Assembly (NCBI GenBank): GCA_965213705.1
Contig: OZ243913.1
Span: forward strand, 1,504,001 to 1,568,000
Direction: 5' to 3'
Length of the DNA: 64,000 bases
Source: Trueperaceae bacterium
GTDB taxonomy: Bacteria > Deinococcota > Deinococci > Deinococcales > Trueperaceae
Shown here: piece by piece, positions 1 to 13,443 of the stretch
Position numbering within the stretch: position 1 is the first letter of the stretch
How the letters are laid out: every line of letters begins with the position of its first letter
Translations under genes and position numbers: made by a program
Notes under the pieces: model-generated
Told to the model about the DNA's origin: nothing
Seen by the model: the letters and a program-made list of their open reading frames with translations, nothing else
The model's database searches: none

Positions 1-1
1 C

Positions 2-118
2 GTCCCCGGGGACAAGCTGTTCAGGCCGCACGCCTGGCACAGCTTCGGCACCGCCGACCCGGAGGGGGCGGACTTCCGCGCTTGTAGGGCGTTCGGGCCG
101 CTTTACGGGACGTACTAA
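2..118 (+). CDS. fucI: L-fucose isomerase, 3' end only (gene starts upstream of the window)
   Basis: Frame from base 2 reads [38 protein letters not shown], matching the characteristic FucI C-terminus (RPxAW..G...EG.D.RAC..xGPLY); followed by kinase and aldolase genes. Confidence 0.8.
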   Translation, partial: VPGDKLFRPHAWHSFGTADPEGADFRACRAFGPLYGTY

Positions 119-155
119 ACTAGAGACGGGTCTAAACTAGAGGCAGGAGGTTGCT

Positions 156-719
156 ATGGCAGTCGCACTAACCAGATACCGCTTCAGCGTCGACGAATAT
201 CATCAGATGGTCGAAGCGGGTGTGTTCAATGAAGACGACCGGATAGAACTCATCGAGGGAGAAATTGTCGAGATGGCACCGATAGGCAGTCGGCACGCGG
301 CGTGCGTTACTCAGTTGACCCAACTCTTTTCACTAGGATTGGGTGAGCGTGTATTCGTCAGCGTTCAAAACCCTATTGGAATAGCGAACAGCGAGCCCGA
401 GCCTGATTTAGCCTTGCTGCGTCCCCGCGACGACTTTTACGCTGAGCGGCATCCGGGGCCGGAGGATGTGCTCCTCGTCGTGGAAGTCGCCGACAGTTCG
501 TTTCAGTACGACCGTGAAGTCAAGATACCGCTGTACGCGCGTTCTGGCATCGTTGAGGCATGGTTGGTCGACCTCGGTAACGACGAAGTTGTGGTTTACC
601 GCGAACCTTCTCCCAAAGGCTATGGGTTGATGCAGACTTACAGCGCCGGCGACGAAATTTCGCTGTCAACTTTCGACCTCACGTTTCGCGTAGCCGACGT
701 GCTGCTGCGCTCGAGCTAA
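156..719 (+). CDS. Uma2 family (putative restriction endonuclease-like) protein
   Basis: RFSVDEYHQM, RIELIEGEIVEMAPIG, EPEPD, LLVVEVADSS..YDR..K..LYA motifs; GGAGG RBS. Confidence 0.9.
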   Translation: MAVALTRYRFSVDEYHQMVEAGVFNEDDRIELIEGEIVEMAPIGSRHAACVTQLTQLFSLGLGERVFVSVQNPIGIANSEPEPDLALLRPRDDFYAERHPGPEDVLLVVEVADSSFQYDREVKIPLYARSGIVEAWLVDLGNDEVVVYREPSPKGYGLMQTYSAGDEISLSTFDLTFRVADVLLRSS

Positions 720-752
720 CCCCCTCCGCGCCTCTTTTCGGAAGGTACCGAA

Positions 753-1202
753 GTGTCTGACTACATCAAGGAGATTCGCGGACTAGTCGGGCACCGCCCC
801 CTCATTCTGACAAGCGCCATGATTCTTATTCTCGACGACCAGGAGCAACTGCTCCTGCAACGCCGCGCTGGAACGGGGGCGTGGCACGTCCCTGGTGGGT
901 ATATGGAGCCTGGCGAAAAGATAGAAGATACCGCGCGTCGGGAAGCTAAGGAGGAAACCAACCTGGAAATTGGCGAGCTAGCGCTGTTGGGCGTTTTTTC
1001 AGGGCCGGAGTTTCACTGGTTTGCACCCAACGGTGACGAGGTTTACAACGTCACCGTGGCGTTTGTGACCAGGGACTTCAGTGGTGAACCTCGAGCCGAC
1101 GGTGATGAGGGAACGAGTGTGGCGTTCTTTGACTTGGAGACCTTGCCGGAAAACCTCGGGCCACCCGCACGACCCGTTCTCGCAGCATTTCTGAAACGTT
1201 AG
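753..1202 (+). CDS. NUDIX hydrolase
   Basis: Nudix box GGYMEPGEKIEDTARREAKEETNL. Confidence 0.9.
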   Translation: MSDYIKEIRGLVGHRPLILTSAMILILDDQEQLLLQRRAGTGAWHVPGGYMEPGEKIEDTARREAKEETNLEIGELALLGVFSGPEFHWFAPNGDEVYNVTVAFVTRDFSGEPRADGDEGTSVAFFDLETLPENLGPPARPVLAAFLKR

Positions 1203-1211
1203 GAGCGCGAA

Positions 1212-2456
1212 ATGAAGCTTCCGTCCCAAATGCGCGCCCTCGTCCTTTCCGGCACCGGCTCCCAGCACTTAGCGGTGCGCACCGTCCTGACCCCCACACC
1301 CGGCCCCCGGCAACTCTTGGCGAGAGTCGACGCGGCGGGCATCTGCACCAGCCTCATCAAGCTTGTGGCGCAGGGGCCGGAGCACAGCTATCTTTACGGT
1401 TGGGAGGTAAGCAAACACCCGCTGATTCTCGGCGACGAGGGCGCGGTGACGCTCATGCAGGTCGGGGAAGAACTAAAAAATGACTTCGAGGTCGGCGCGC
1501 GCTACGTCGTCCAACCCGCCGTCGACCACGCGCCCGTCAATCACCGGGACCGCTACCGAAACGTCGAAAGCGTTCACAAGCTCGCCGTCGGTTACACGCT
1601 GGCGGGACACTTGGCCGAGTACATGCTCATTACCGAGGAAGTTTTAGAAGCGGGTTGTTTGTTGCCGCTGCCGGACGGGCTCGCGTCGGCCCACGCGGCC
1701 ATGAGCGAGCCGCTGTCGTGCGTGGTCTCGAGCCAGGACCATCACCTGCATTTGCGTCAGTCAAATCCCGGTGCGCCTCGAGAAGTTTTCAAAGGCCTCA
1801 AACCCGGCGGCGTCACGGTCATTGTCGGTGCGGGCGCGATGGGGCGGATGCACGTGGACGTGGCGCTGGGTTACCGGCCCCGAGTCGTCGTTGTAACGGA
1901 CTTTCTCGAGTCCCGGTTGGCACGGGTTCGCACGCTGTTTGAAAATAAGGCCGCGGCGCAGGGCACAGTTCTCCACACGGTTCAGGGTGGGGAAGAGGTG
2001 CGTGCCCTCGTCGACCGTGTGAGCGACCATCACGGGGCCGATGACGTGATTGTGGCGGTCGGCTCGCCCAAGGCCGCCCAAGCAGCGCAGCTTTACGGCG
2101 GGCGGGGTAGTGTCTTAAACCTCTTCGGCGGTTTTACAGCCTCCGACCGCACCGTGGCGCTCGACGGCAACATCGTCCACTATTCTGAGACCGTCGTCAC
2201 CGGCTCGTCGGGCGGCTCGCCTTGGGACGTGGCGCGGACGCTTGTGCTGCTGGAAGAGGGCGCTTTGGAAGTCGCTGGTCACATCGCAACCGTCGGCGAT
2301 TTGAACCACGCGCCGGAGTTGTTGGGGCGCGTCGAGCGGCAGGAAATGGACGGCAAGGCGGTCGTTTATCCGCACCGCCGGAGCGAACGGGTACTTACTG
2401 TTGAAAGCTGGAGCCTCGAGGACGAGCGAGCGTATTTGGAAGCAGTCCGCAGTTGA
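1212..2456 (+). CDS. MDR-family oxidoreductase, L-sorbose-1-phosphate reductase-like
   Basis: GroES-like N-terminus (AGICTS..K, LGDEG), EPLSCV, GAGAMG Rossmann motif, HY...VTGSSGG. Confidence 0.7.
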   Translation: MKLPSQMRALVLSGTGSQHLAVRTVLTPTPGPRQLLARVDAAGICTSLIKLVAQGPEHSYLYGWEVSKHPLILGDEGAVTLMQVGEELKNDFEVGARYVVQPAVDHAPVNHRDRYRNVESVHKLAVGYTLAGHLAEYMLITEEVLEAGCLLPLPDGLASAHAAMSEPLSCVVSSQDHHLHLRQSNPGAPREVFKGLKPGGVTVIVGAGAMGRMHVDVALGYRPRVVVVTDFLESRLARVRTLFENKAAAQGTVLHTVQGGEEVRALVDRVSDHHGADDVIVAVGSPKAAQAAQLYGGRGSVLNLFGGFTASDRTVALDGNIVHYSETVVTGSSGGSPWDVARTLVLLEEGALEVAGHIATVGDLNHAPELLGRVERQEMDGKAVVYPHRRSERVLTVESWSLEDERAYLEAVRS

Positions 2457-3757
2457 GAGACGGAACATCCACAAGCCAAAAAACCTTCGTCGGGTTCGGC
2501 TTCGGCGCGATTCAGGCGGGGCTGTATCTTGTTGAAGCCATGCACTCCGGAGCCTTTAACCGGCTCGTCGTGGCCTACCGTCGTCCCGAAACCATTCAGC
2601 GAGTTCGTGCGGCGAACGGCTATTTTTCACTCAATATCGCACATGAGGATGGTGTAGAAACAGTGCGCGTCGGTCCCATAGAAATGTTCGACGTGAACGT
2701 ACCCGCCGACCGTGAGCGTATTGTCGAGGCTGTGGCGGAAGCCTCGGAAATGGCGACGGCGCTCTCGAGCGTGAACGACTACGTGGGCGACGGCCCCGCG
2801 AGCATCCACCACCTGATTGCCGAGGGGTTGAAGCGCAAGGTCGAACAGGGCGGGCCTCGAGTGGTCATCTACACCTCGGAAAACCACACCGAAGCGGCGG
2901 AAATCTTAGAAAAAGTTGTTTCAGCCGAGTTGTCTGAGGAAGAGCGTGCGGCAGTAGCGCGCTCGAGCCGTTTCGTCAACACCGTCATCGGCAAGATGAG
3001 CCGGGTGGTCGAGGACGCGGACGAGGTGAGGGCGCTGGCGCTCGAGCCCGTCACCCCCGGAGACACGCGCGCGTTTTTGGTCGAGGCGTACCGGCACATC
3101 CTCGTTTCGAAAGTGGCGTTTGGAGACGGCGTGAACTTCAAATCAGGCTTCGACTTCGACGAAAAAGCCGACCTCACGCCGTCCGAGGAGGCCAAGCTCT
3201 ACGGCCACAACGCCACCCACGCGCTCGCCGCTTATCTCGGCGCGTTCGCGGGCGCGACTTACATCGCCGACCTTAAAGATACGCCGGGCTTTGTGCCTTT
3301 TTTGCGCGCGGCGGCGCTGGACGAGTCCGGCGCTGCGTTGCTGCGTCGCCACGGCGGCGTCGACCCGATGTTCACCCCCGCGGGTTACCGTGACTTTATG
3401 GAGAGTTTGCTGGCGCGGATGCTCAACCCTTACCTGAACGACACGGTGGTGAGGGTCGGGCGCGACGCGCGGCGCAAGCTCGGTTGGAATGATAGGTTGG
3501 TCGGTACGATGCGTTTGGTACTGGCGGCGGGCCTGGTGCCGCACCGTCACGCCCTCGGGGTAGCGGCGGCCCTGGCGAGCGAAGACATACGTCCTGAAGA
3601 CCTCCTCGAGCTGTGGCAGGGTGAAGCTACGGAGGCTGAGCGGCGCGAGGTGCTGACTTTGGTCGAGGCGGGTGCCGAGCACTTCGACGCCTGGCGCGGG
3701 GCGGGCTGTCCACCGCTCGAGCCCTTTTTTCAAGCCCGCGTGTGGAGGCGAACGTGA
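2453..3757 (+). CDS. Mannitol-1-phosphate 5-dehydrogenase-family polyol-phosphate dehydrogenase
   Basis: [11 protein letters not shown]-terminus, [36 protein letters not shown] motifs of the MtlD family. Confidence 0.75.
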   Translation: MRDGTSTSQKTFVGFGFGAIQAGLYLVEAMHSGAFNRLVVAYRRPETIQRVRAANGYFSLNIAHEDGVETVRVGPIEMFDVNVPADRERIVEAVAEASEMATALSSVNDYVGDGPASIHHLIAEGLKRKVEQGGPRVVIYTSENHTEAAEILEKVVSAELSEEERAAVARSSRFVNTVIGKMSRVVEDADEVRALALEPVTPGDTRAFLVEAYRHILVSKVAFGDGVNFKSGFDFDEKADLTPSEEAKLYGHNATHALAAYLGAFAGATYIADLKDTPGFVPFLRAAALDESGAALLRRHGGVDPMFTPAGYRDFMESLLARMLNPYLNDTVVRVGRDARRKLGWNDRLVGTMRLVLAAGLVPHRHALGVAAALASEDIRPEDLLELWQGEATEAERREVLTLVEAGAEHFDAWRGAGCPPLEPFFQARVWRRT

Positions 3758-4521
3758 CTTTTGAGACGTTGCGCGACGACCTCATCGCGCTGTCGCACGA
3801 GTTGGGCCGCGAGTCCCGCCAGTTCGCGCTTTTGGGCGAGGGCAACACGAGTGTCAGTTGCGGCGACGGCACCTTTTGGGTCAAGGCGTCGGGGGGTCGG
3901 TTGGGGACGCTTGACGCGTCGGGCGTCAGCCGGGTGCGGCTCGAGCCCGTTTTGAAGCTGCTCGAGCGCGACGCGCTGAGCGAGGCAGAGGTCGAAGCCG
4001 AACTCGTTGCGGCCTTGGTAGACAAAGGCCACAAAAAACCTTCGGTCGAGACCTTCATGCACGCCCTCTGCTTGGAAGGCGGCGCGGCGTGGGTGGGCCA
4101 CACACACACCGTGTCGGTGAATCAAATCCTCTGCAGCGCCCAGGGTGCCGAGCCGTTTCGCCGCCACGTCTTTCCCGACGCGATTGTGGTCTGCGGGCTT
4201 CATCCGGCGGTGGTGCCGTACGTCGACCCCGGTTTCGCGCTCGCCAAGGCGGTGCGAGGCGAGCTGCAACGGTTCAAAACCGACCACGGTCAGCCGCCCA
4301 AACTGTTGCTCATGGAAAACCACGGCGTGGTCGCGCTGGGCCAGAGCGCGGCGGAGGTTTTGAACATCCACCTCATGGCGGACAAGTGGGCGAAAACGCT
4401 GCTCGGCACCTACACGCTGGGCGGCCCAAGGTTTTTGCCCGACGAGGAGGCCGCGCGCATCGACAACCGTTTGGACGAGCACTACAGGCGGCTCGAGCTG
4501 TCTCGAGGTTCGAATGGCTGA
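3742..4521 (+). CDS. Class II aldolase/adducin family protein (FucA/RhaD-like)
   Basis: [28 protein letters not shown] metal-binding motifs; start may be GTG at 3754. Confidence 0.85.
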   Translation: MEANVTFETLRDDLIALSHELGRESRQFALLGEGNTSVSCGDGTFWVKASGGRLGTLDASGVSRVRLEPVLKLLERDALSEAEVEAELVAALVDKGHKKPSVETFMHALCLEGGAAWVGHTHTVSVNQILCSAQGAEPFRRHVFPDAIVVCGLHPAVVPYVDPGFALAKAVRGELQRFKTDHGQPPKLLLMENHGVVALGQSAAEVLNIHLMADKWAKTLLGTYTLGGPRFLPDEEAARIDNRLDEHYRRLELSRGSNG

Positions 4522-6010
4522 GGCAAACTTTAGCGCCGCGAACTTCATTGCCGTGGACTTAGGCGCGTCGGGCGGGCGGGTGCTGCTGGGCCGCTTCGAC
4601 GGCGCGCGCTTCGAGCTTGAAGAACTGCACCGCTTCTACAACGGCCCGGTGGCGGTGCTGGGCAACCTGCACTGGGACGTGTTGGGGCTCTGGAACGAAA
4701 TCCTGACGGGCTTGCGCCGTTACGCCGGGCAAGAGGACGCGCCGCTCGTGGGCATCGGCGTGGACACTTGGGGAGTCGACTTCGCCCTGCTGGACGCCTC
4801 CGGCGGGATGCTCGGCAACCCGCACCACTACCGCGACCGCCGCACCGACGGGGTGATGGAGCGGGTGTTCGAGAAAGTTGGCAAAAGCTCTCTTTACGAA
4901 CGGACCGGTCTGCAGTTTATGCAAATCAACACGCTTTATCAGCTTTACAGTATGCGCCTGCAGGGTGACCCGCGTTTGGACTGCGCCGAAACCCTGCTAA
5001 TGATGCCCGACCTGTTTCACTACTGGCTTACCGGGCGCAAAGTGGGCGAGTACACCATCGCCTCGACAAGCCAACTGCTGGACGCGCGCGGTCGCAGGTG
5101 GGATGTGGAAACGCTCGAGGCCCTCTCGCTTCCTAAAATCTTCCCCGACCTGGTGCAGCCGGGCACCGTCGTTGGGCCGCTTTTAAAAGAGGTAGCTGAC
5201 GAAGTGGGGTTCTCGACCGAGGTATCTGTGATTGCCACCGGCTCGCACGACACCGCCAGCGCCGTGGCGGCGATTCCCGACTTGGACGAGAACAGCGTGT
5301 TCATCAGCAGCGGCACCTGGAGTTTGATGGGCGTCGAACTGAGCGAGCCCGTGCTGAGCGAAGCTGCTCGAGCCCTGGACGTGACCAACGAGGGCGGCGT
5401 GGGGGACACGGTGCGGCTCTTGAAGAACGTCGCCGGGCTGTGGCTGTTGCAAGAAAGCCGCCGCCAGTGGCGGCGCGAGGGACGTGATTACGGCTGGGAC
5501 GAGCTGCTCGAGCTTGCCACCCACGCCGAACCGTTTCGCAGCTTCGTCGACCCCGGTGCCGAAACCTTTTTGAATCCCGGCGACATGCCGGAGGCGATTC
5601 GTGCGGCCTGCCGCCGCACCGGGCAACCCGAGCCGGACGGCGTCGGGGAGGTCGTGCGCTGCTGTTTGGAGAGTCTGGCGCTCAAGTACCGCTCGGTCCT
5701 GGACGGGACGGAGGCGTTGTTGGAGCGCCGCCTGGACAAAATCTACGTCGTCGGCGGCGGCAGCCAAAATCATCTTCTAAACCAGTTTACCGCCGACGCT
5801 TGCCGGCGTGAAGTCGTCGCCGGGCCGGTCGAGGCGACGGCCTACGGCAACCTGTTGGTGCAGGCGGTGGCGACAGGCCATATTCAAGACCTGGCGGCGG
5901 GGCGGCGCGCGGTCGCGGCATCGGTCACGCGGCAGCGCTTTCATCCCGAACACGGCGAGGCTTGGGAGAAGGCTTACGCGCGGTTTCAGGGGTTGTTTGG
6001 AGATGGGTGA
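4514..6010 (+). CDS. Rhamnulokinase/fuculokinase (FGGY family)
   Basis: [54 protein letters not shown]. Confidence 0.9.
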   Translation: MAEANFSAANFIAVDLGASGGRVLLGRFDGARFELEELHRFYNGPVAVLGNLHWDVLGLWNEILTGLRRYAGQEDAPLVGIGVDTWGVDFALLDASGGMLGNPHHYRDRRTDGVMERVFEKVGKSSLYERTGLQFMQINTLYQLYSMRLQGDPRLDCAETLLMMPDLFHYWLTGRKVGEYTIASTSQLLDARGRRWDVETLEALSLPKIFPDLVQPGTVVGPLLKEVADEVGFSTEVSVIATGSHDTASAVAAIPDLDENSVFISSGTWSLMGVELSEPVLSEAARALDVTNEGGVGDTVRLLKNVAGLWLLQESRRQWRREGRDYGWDELLELATHAEPFRSFVDPGAETFLNPGDMPEAIRAACRRTGQPEPDGVGEVVRCCLESLALKYRSVLDGTEALLERRLDKIYVVGGGSQNHLLNQFTADACRREVVAGPVEATAYGNLLVQAVATGHIQDLAAGRRAVAASVTRQRFHPEHGEAWEKAYARFQGLFGDG

Positions 6011-6056
6011 GGCTCGAGCCCGGCTACCCGTTCAAGAGGTGTACCCGCGTTTATAG

Positions 6057-7547
6057 CTACTCGAGCGGGCCGGTCGCCTCCGGCAAAAACAACGCGCCCG
6101 AGCGGGCGGGCAAGGTCTCACCTCGACACTCGGTCGCCGTTACGTGAAGCCTCAAGCCGTTCAGCGCGTCGCGGTAGGCTCCTGCTAATTCAGGACGTTG
6201 CAAGGCAAGCTCGAGGGAGGCAGACTCGTCGCTGACGTTTAACATCCCTATCAGCTTTGCGCCGTCCCACTCGCGCAGGTAAACGTACAACCCCGCGGCG
6301 GCGTAAAGCGTTTTAAAGTTGCCGCGACGCAGCGCCGGGTGGGCGTGGCGCAACTCGGCGAGCCGTTTGGTGTAGGTAAGCAACTCACAGTTCCAGGTTT
6401 CCTCACGTTCCCAGGGTATCGCCTGACGACAGTCGGGGTCGTGCTTGCCGCTTAAACCGAGTTCGTCGCCGTAGTAGATGCAGGGCGCGCCGGGGAAAGT
6501 GAACATGAACAGCAGCGCCAACCGCAGCGCCGCCTCGTCGCCGCTTACGACGGTGAGGGCTCGAGGCGTGTCGTGGCTGCCGAGCAGGTTGAGCTGAGTT
6601 TCGGTAATCGCCCGGGGGTGGTGGGTGAGCAGCGTGTCGACTTCGCGCGCGAACGCCTCGGCGTCCAACTTGGGGATGTACTTGTAACCACAGCGCAGAA
6701 TCTCAGCCTCGTTGAGGTTCGTCGCGGTAAAGCCGAACGCCGCCCTCGTAAACGGGTAGTTCATGACTGCGTCGAACTGGTCGCCCTGCAGCCAGCGCGC
6801 GGCGTCGGTCCAGATTTCGCCGACGATGTAGCATTCCGGGTTCACCGCGCGGCAGCGCCGCCGGAACTCCTGCCAAAAAAAGTCGTCGTCGATTTCGTTG
6901 GGCACGTCCAAACGCCAGCCGTCGACGCCGAAACGGAGCCAGTATTCCCCGACCTCCCACAGGTACTCGCGCACCGCGTCGAGTTCGGTGTTGAACTTCG
7001 GCAGCGCCGCCAGCCCCCACCAGGCGTCGTAACCCAAAGGGCCGCGGCCGTAGGCGTTCAGCGGAAACTTGCGCACGTGAAACCAGTCCAGGTAAGGGCT
7101 TTTGTCGCCGTTCTCTAAAATATCGTTGAACTGGAAAAAGCCGCGGCTGGCATGGTTGAAGACGCCGTCCAGCACGACCTTCATGCCGCGGGCGTGGGCG
7201 CGCTCGAGCAGTTCGCGCAGCGCCGCATCACCCCCCAACAGCGGGTCGACCCGGAAGTAGTCGTGCGTGTGGTAGCGGTGGTTCGAGGCCGACTGAAAAA
7301 TGGGGTTGAAGTAAAGCGCGGTCACGCCCAAGTCTTGCAGGTACTCGAGCCGTTCCGCCACGCCGAGAAGGTCGCCGCCCTTGTAGCCGTGGACGGTCGG
7401 CGGGCTGTCCCAAGCTTCCAGGTTATTCGGTTTGTAGACGCGCTCGCTCTTGGCGAAGCGGTCGGGGAAAATCTGGTAGAAAACGGCGTCTCTCACCCAC
7501 TCGGGGGTATCGATGTCAGGTGTGTTGCTGAAAAGTTCAGGCGTCAT
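6057..7547 (-). CDS. GH13 cyclomaltodextrinase/neopullulanase-like alpha-glycosidase
   Basis: FYQIFPDRF, DGVFNH, DGWRLDV, GEIW, GSHD catalytic regions; start ATG 7547 preceded by TACAAT (leaderless). Confidence 0.9.
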   Translation of the reverse strand: MTPELFSNTPDIDTPEWVRDAVFYQIFPDRFAKSERVYKPNNLEAWDSPPTVHGYKGGDLLGVAERLEYLQDLGVTALYFNPIFQSASNHRYHTHDYFRVDPLLGGDAALRELLERAHARGMKVVLDGVFNHASRGFFQFNDILENGDKSPYLDWFHVRKFPLNAYGRGPLGYDAWWGLAALPKFNTELDAVREYLWEVGEYWLRFGVDGWRLDVPNEIDDDFFWQEFRRRCRAVNPECYIVGEIWTDAARWLQGDQFDAVMNYPFTRAAFGFTATNLNEAEILRCGYKYIPKLDAEAFAREVDTLLTHHPRAITETQLNLLGSHDTPRALTVVSGDEAALRLALLFMFTFPGAPCIYYGDELGLSGKHDPDCRQAIPWEREETWNCELLTYTKRLAELRHAHPALRRGNFKTLYAAAGLYVYLREWDGAKLIGMLNVSDESASLELALQRPELAGAYRDALNGLRLHVTATECRGETLPARSGALFLPEATGPLE

Positions 7548-7641
7548 GGCGGCCATTGTAACGAAGGAGCACCAACCCCGATGTGCAGTTCGTGTGACCG
7601 AGCCCCCCGACCTCACCCAATCCTCTTGCCATAATGGTCTA

Positions 7642-8328
7642 ATGACGAGGCAGACCTCCGACGTGCTAAACCGGCTCAACACTTACTTGCTCGAGCCGGT
7701 CAACGCTATTACGCACGGGTTGGGGGCCGTCTTCAGCGTGGTCGGCATGGTCGTCCTCGTGTACCTTTCCTGGGGACAACCGCTTTACGTCGTGAGTTTT
7801 GCCGTGTACGGGGTCAGTTCGGTGTTGCTTTACTTGGCGAGCAGCCTCTACCACGGCCTCAAGGTGAGTTCGCAGCGGCGGCGAATGCTGCTCAGGCTCG
7901 ACCACGTCGGGATTTACGCACTTATCGCTGGGAGTTACACGCCGCTCGCGCTCCTCGTCCTCAAAAGTCATAGCCCGTTGCTGGGCTGGGCGTTCTTTTG
8001 GCTCGTTTGGGGTTTGGCGACGCTCGGTATCGCCTTCAAGCTGTGGTGGCTGGACGCCCCGGTATGGCTCTCGACCGGGTTTTACCTGGCCTTGGGCTGG
8101 CTCGCTTTAGGTGTGATGCCCACACTTTTTCAAACCCTGAGTCCGGGCGGCTTGCTGCTGCTGTTCACGGGCGGCCTGCTCTACTCGGTCGGCGCGGTCG
8201 TGTTCGCTTTAGAGCGCCCCGACTTTTACCCCGGCGTGTTCGGCCACCACGAGTTGTGGCACCTGTTCGTGCTGGCGGGCGGGTCGTGCCACTACCTGCT
8301 GCTGCTGTTCTACCTCACGCCCAAGTAG
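7642..8328 (+). CDS. Hemolysin III / PAQR family membrane protein
   Basis: EPVNAITH, SSLYH, RLDH..IY.LIAGSYTP, HELWHLFV; multiple hydrophobic helices. Confidence 0.9.
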   Translation: MTRQTSDVLNRLNTYLLEPVNAITHGLGAVFSVVGMVVLVYLSWGQPLYVVSFAVYGVSSVLLYLASSLYHGLKVSSQRRRMLLRLDHVGIYALIAGSYTPLALLVLKSHSPLLGWAFFWLVWGLATLGIAFKLWWLDAPVWLSTGFYLALGWLALGVMPTLFQTLSPGGLLLLFTGGLLYSVGAVVFALERPDFYPGVFGHHELWHLFVLAGGSCHYLLLLFYLTPK

Positions 8329-8371
8329 CGCTTGTTCGCAATCTCATGTTCTGCTACACTTTTGTCAGTAG

Positions 8372-8690
8372 CGTAGCGCAGGAAAAGTACCTTGCCGACG
8401 CCCGCCAGAGAGCCCCGGCGCTTGCGCTGAGAACCGGGGTCGGGACGAGCAAGCGAAACGTCACCTGCAATTTTTAGAGGTAGCATCTCTAAAACTTCTA
8501 AGAATGCGCTGGAGAAGAACGGGTCGAGTTGCGATTTTGAGACGAACACCTCCTTACTAGACCTCCCGGCCCGCCGCGCCGACCCTGCGGTTAACGAAGC
8601 GCCCCGTGCTTACATTTCAAGCGGGGAACTGCGGTGGTACCGCGGGATAGCGTAAGCGTCTCGTCCGCACAGCCGGACGGGCTTTTTTTG
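8372..8690 (+). ncRNA. T-box riboswitch (Val, specifier GUC) upstream of valS
   Basis: Stem I with AGGAAAAGTA, AGAGAG and GCTGAGA boxes; specifier loop GAAAC-GTC-A (GTC 8460-8462); T-box AACTGCGGTGGTACCGCG 8627-8644; terminator hairpin CTCGTCCG/CGGACGGG plus T-run 8660-8689. Confidence 0.9.
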
Positions 8691-8700
8691 TCCTCCGGCT

Positions 8701-11337
<2,637 letters not shown>

Positions 11338-11378
11338 CGTTTTTGAAATAGCGCAAGAGAGGCCGTTTCTCTGCAAAC

Positions 11379-11407
11379 GTAGGGGCGGGTTTCAAACCCG
11401 CCCCTAC
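11379..11407. repeat. GTAG-type REP-like perfect palindrome
   Basis: GTAGGGGCGGGTTT-C-AAACCCGCCCCTAC between convergent valS and ggt. Confidence 0.75.
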
Positions 11408-11416
11408 ACGGTTTAT

Positions 11417-13156
11417 TTACTGCGGCGTGACGACTTGCGCAGTGCCGCTGCTGCGGCGGACCGGCTCGGCGACGGCGGTCAGGGTGCCGTCCTCGTTGAA
11501 ATAAATGCCGGTGACCGCGCCGATTTCGCTCGGGTCGCGGAATTCGTGGCCTCGAGCCATGAGCGCGGTAAGCAGTTCCGGCGACACCTCGGCCTCGATA
11601 GACGTGGCGCTGCTGTTGCGCTGCGACAAGCGCGGCGCGGCCACGGCTTCGGGCAAGGTCATGCCGAAGTCGGTGACGTTGAGGAGGGTTTGCAGCACCG
11701 TGGTGATGATGGTGCTGCCGCCGGGCGAGCCGAGCGCCATCACCACGCGACCGTCTCTCATGACAATCGTGGGCGACATGCTCGAGCGGGGCCGCTTGTA
11801 GGCTTCGACCACGTTGGGGCCGCCGGGCGCGCTGTCGAAGTCGGTGAGTTCGTTATTTAAGAGGAAACCCCGACCCGGTACGACAATGCCGCTACCGCCG
11901 GTCGATTCGATGGTGGTCGTAAAACTCACCACGTTGCCGTCCGCGTCCGCCACGGTGAGGTGGGTGGTGCTGGTGCCTTCGGTGTCGGCACCCGGCGGCG
12001 TTAAAGGCGGGCTCGGGTCGTCCTGAAACGCGAACGGGTCGCCGGGCGCGGGGTCGCTGCCGGCCGTCTCGGTAATCAAGGACGCGCGGGTGTCGGCGAA
12101 GTCTTGACTGAGCAAACCCTCGACCGGCACGTTCACAAAATCACTGTCGGCCATGTACGCGCCGCGGTCGGCGTAGGCGAGGCGGCTGGCCTCGAGCATA
12201 TGGTGAATTGCTGCCTCTTCAGACATCGTGCTCAGGTCGAAAGTGTCCAGCATGTTCAGGATGAGCGACACGGTCAAGCCACCGCTCGAGGGCGGCCCCA
12301 TCCCGTAGACCTCGTAGCCGCGGTACTCGCTCACGGTCGGGCGGCGCACGCGCACCTCGTAAGCGTCCAGGTCGGCCATCGTCATGTTTTGGCCGCGAAC
12401 CGGAAAGGGCGGGTCGTCCACGGCTTGCGGGTTTTGCACGGTGGCGACGAGGTCTTCGCCGATGGCCCCGTGATAAAAGGCGTCGGTGCCCTGCTCGGCG
12501 ATGGTTCGAAAGGTTTCAGCCAGGTCGGGGTTGGTGTGGACGCTGCCCGCCTCGGGCGCGGTGCCGTCTTCGGTGAGGTACAGCGCGGCGGTTGCCGGGA
12601 AGACCGAGAAGCGCTCGAGGTTTTGCTCGACTTGGCTAGAAAACGTCTCGGTAATCGGAAAACCGTTTTCGGCGATGTCGACGGCGGGCGCGAGGGCGGT
12701 GGCTAGGTCAATTGTGCCGTAGCGCTCGAGCGCAACTTCCCAACCCAGCAGCGTCCCCGGAATCCCGACGGCGAGGCCGCTCGAGATGCGGTCGGGATAA
12801 AAGTTGATGGGCTCGCCCGTCGCGCTGTCGATAAACATGTCCGGCGTCGCCGCGCCGGGGGCCATCTCGCGCATGTCGAGGGTGACGACGCGGTCTTCGT
12901 CGGCCAAGTAAACGACCATAAAGCCGCCCCCGCCGATGCCCACACTGAACGGGTTTGTTACGTTCAAAACGGCTGCGGCGGTGACGGCTGCGTCGACGGC
13001 GTTGCCCCCGAGTGCGAGCACGCTAATCGCCGCTTCGGTGGCAAAACGGTCCACGGTCGCCGCCGCGCCGCCCGTGCCCGTTTGGGTGCTCTGCGCGGTG
13101 CCCAGCGTCAGCACGAGCGCAAAGGGTAAAAAGACAAGTCGCCGGATAAAGTTCAT
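11417..13156 (-). CDS. ggt: Gamma-glutamyltransferase (secreted)
   Basis: Signal peptide, GGNAVDAA, GIGGGGF, PPSSGG, autocleavage T-T-H, LNNELTDF, RPRSSMSP, GSPGG. Confidence 0.95.
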   Translation of the reverse strand: MNFIRRLVFLPFALVLTLGTAQSTQTGTGGAAATVDRFATEAAISVLALGGNAVDAAVTAAAVLNVTNPFSVGIGGGGFMVVYLADEDRVVTLDMREMAPGAATPDMFIDSATGEPINFYPDRISSGLAVGIPGTLLGWEVALERYGTIDLATALAPAVDIAENGFPITETFSSQVEQNLERFSVFPATAALYLTEDGTAPEAGSVHTNPDLAETFRTIAEQGTDAFYHGAIGEDLVATVQNPQAVDDPPFPVRGQNMTMADLDAYEVRVRRPTVSEYRGYEVYGMGPPSSGGLTVSLILNMLDTFDLSTMSEEAAIHHMLEASRLAYADRGAYMADSDFVNVPVEGLLSQDFADTRASLITETAGSDPAPGDPFAFQDDPSPPLTPPGADTEGTSTTHLTVADADGNVVSFTTTIESTGGSGIVVPGRGFLLNNELTDFDSAPGGPNVVEAYKRPRSSMSPTIVMRDGRVVMALGSPGGSTIITTVLQTLLNVTDFGMTLPEAVAAPRLSQRNSSATSIEAEVSPELLTALMARGHEFRDPSEIGAVTGIYFNEDGTLTAVAEPVRRSSGTAQVVTPQ

Positions 13157-13443
13157 AAGACCTCCCAGGGTCGAGGCGGGGACGGTGCAGGAGACGGCAC
13201 CTCAAGTGAATCGCTTGGAGGCCAGTGTAACCCGGCGCGGCACCGGCTCGAGCCGTACCCACGTCTGCCGAGAAGTGGCTCGAGCCCGTTGAGTTTGTAC
13301 AGTGCACCGTTTTATACTTCGGTTCGACGCTGAAATAGGCCTTTTCGGGTTTATCCGTCAACCAAACAACGGACAAGCGCTGTGAGTTGCCCTTATACCT
13401 GAAAGGGGTGCTTTACAAAAAGCTCCCACTTAGGAGGATAGTT

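Noticed and set aside
7642..8328. Virulence haemolysin
   Set aside because: HlyIII/PAQR proteins are widespread housekeeping membrane proteins
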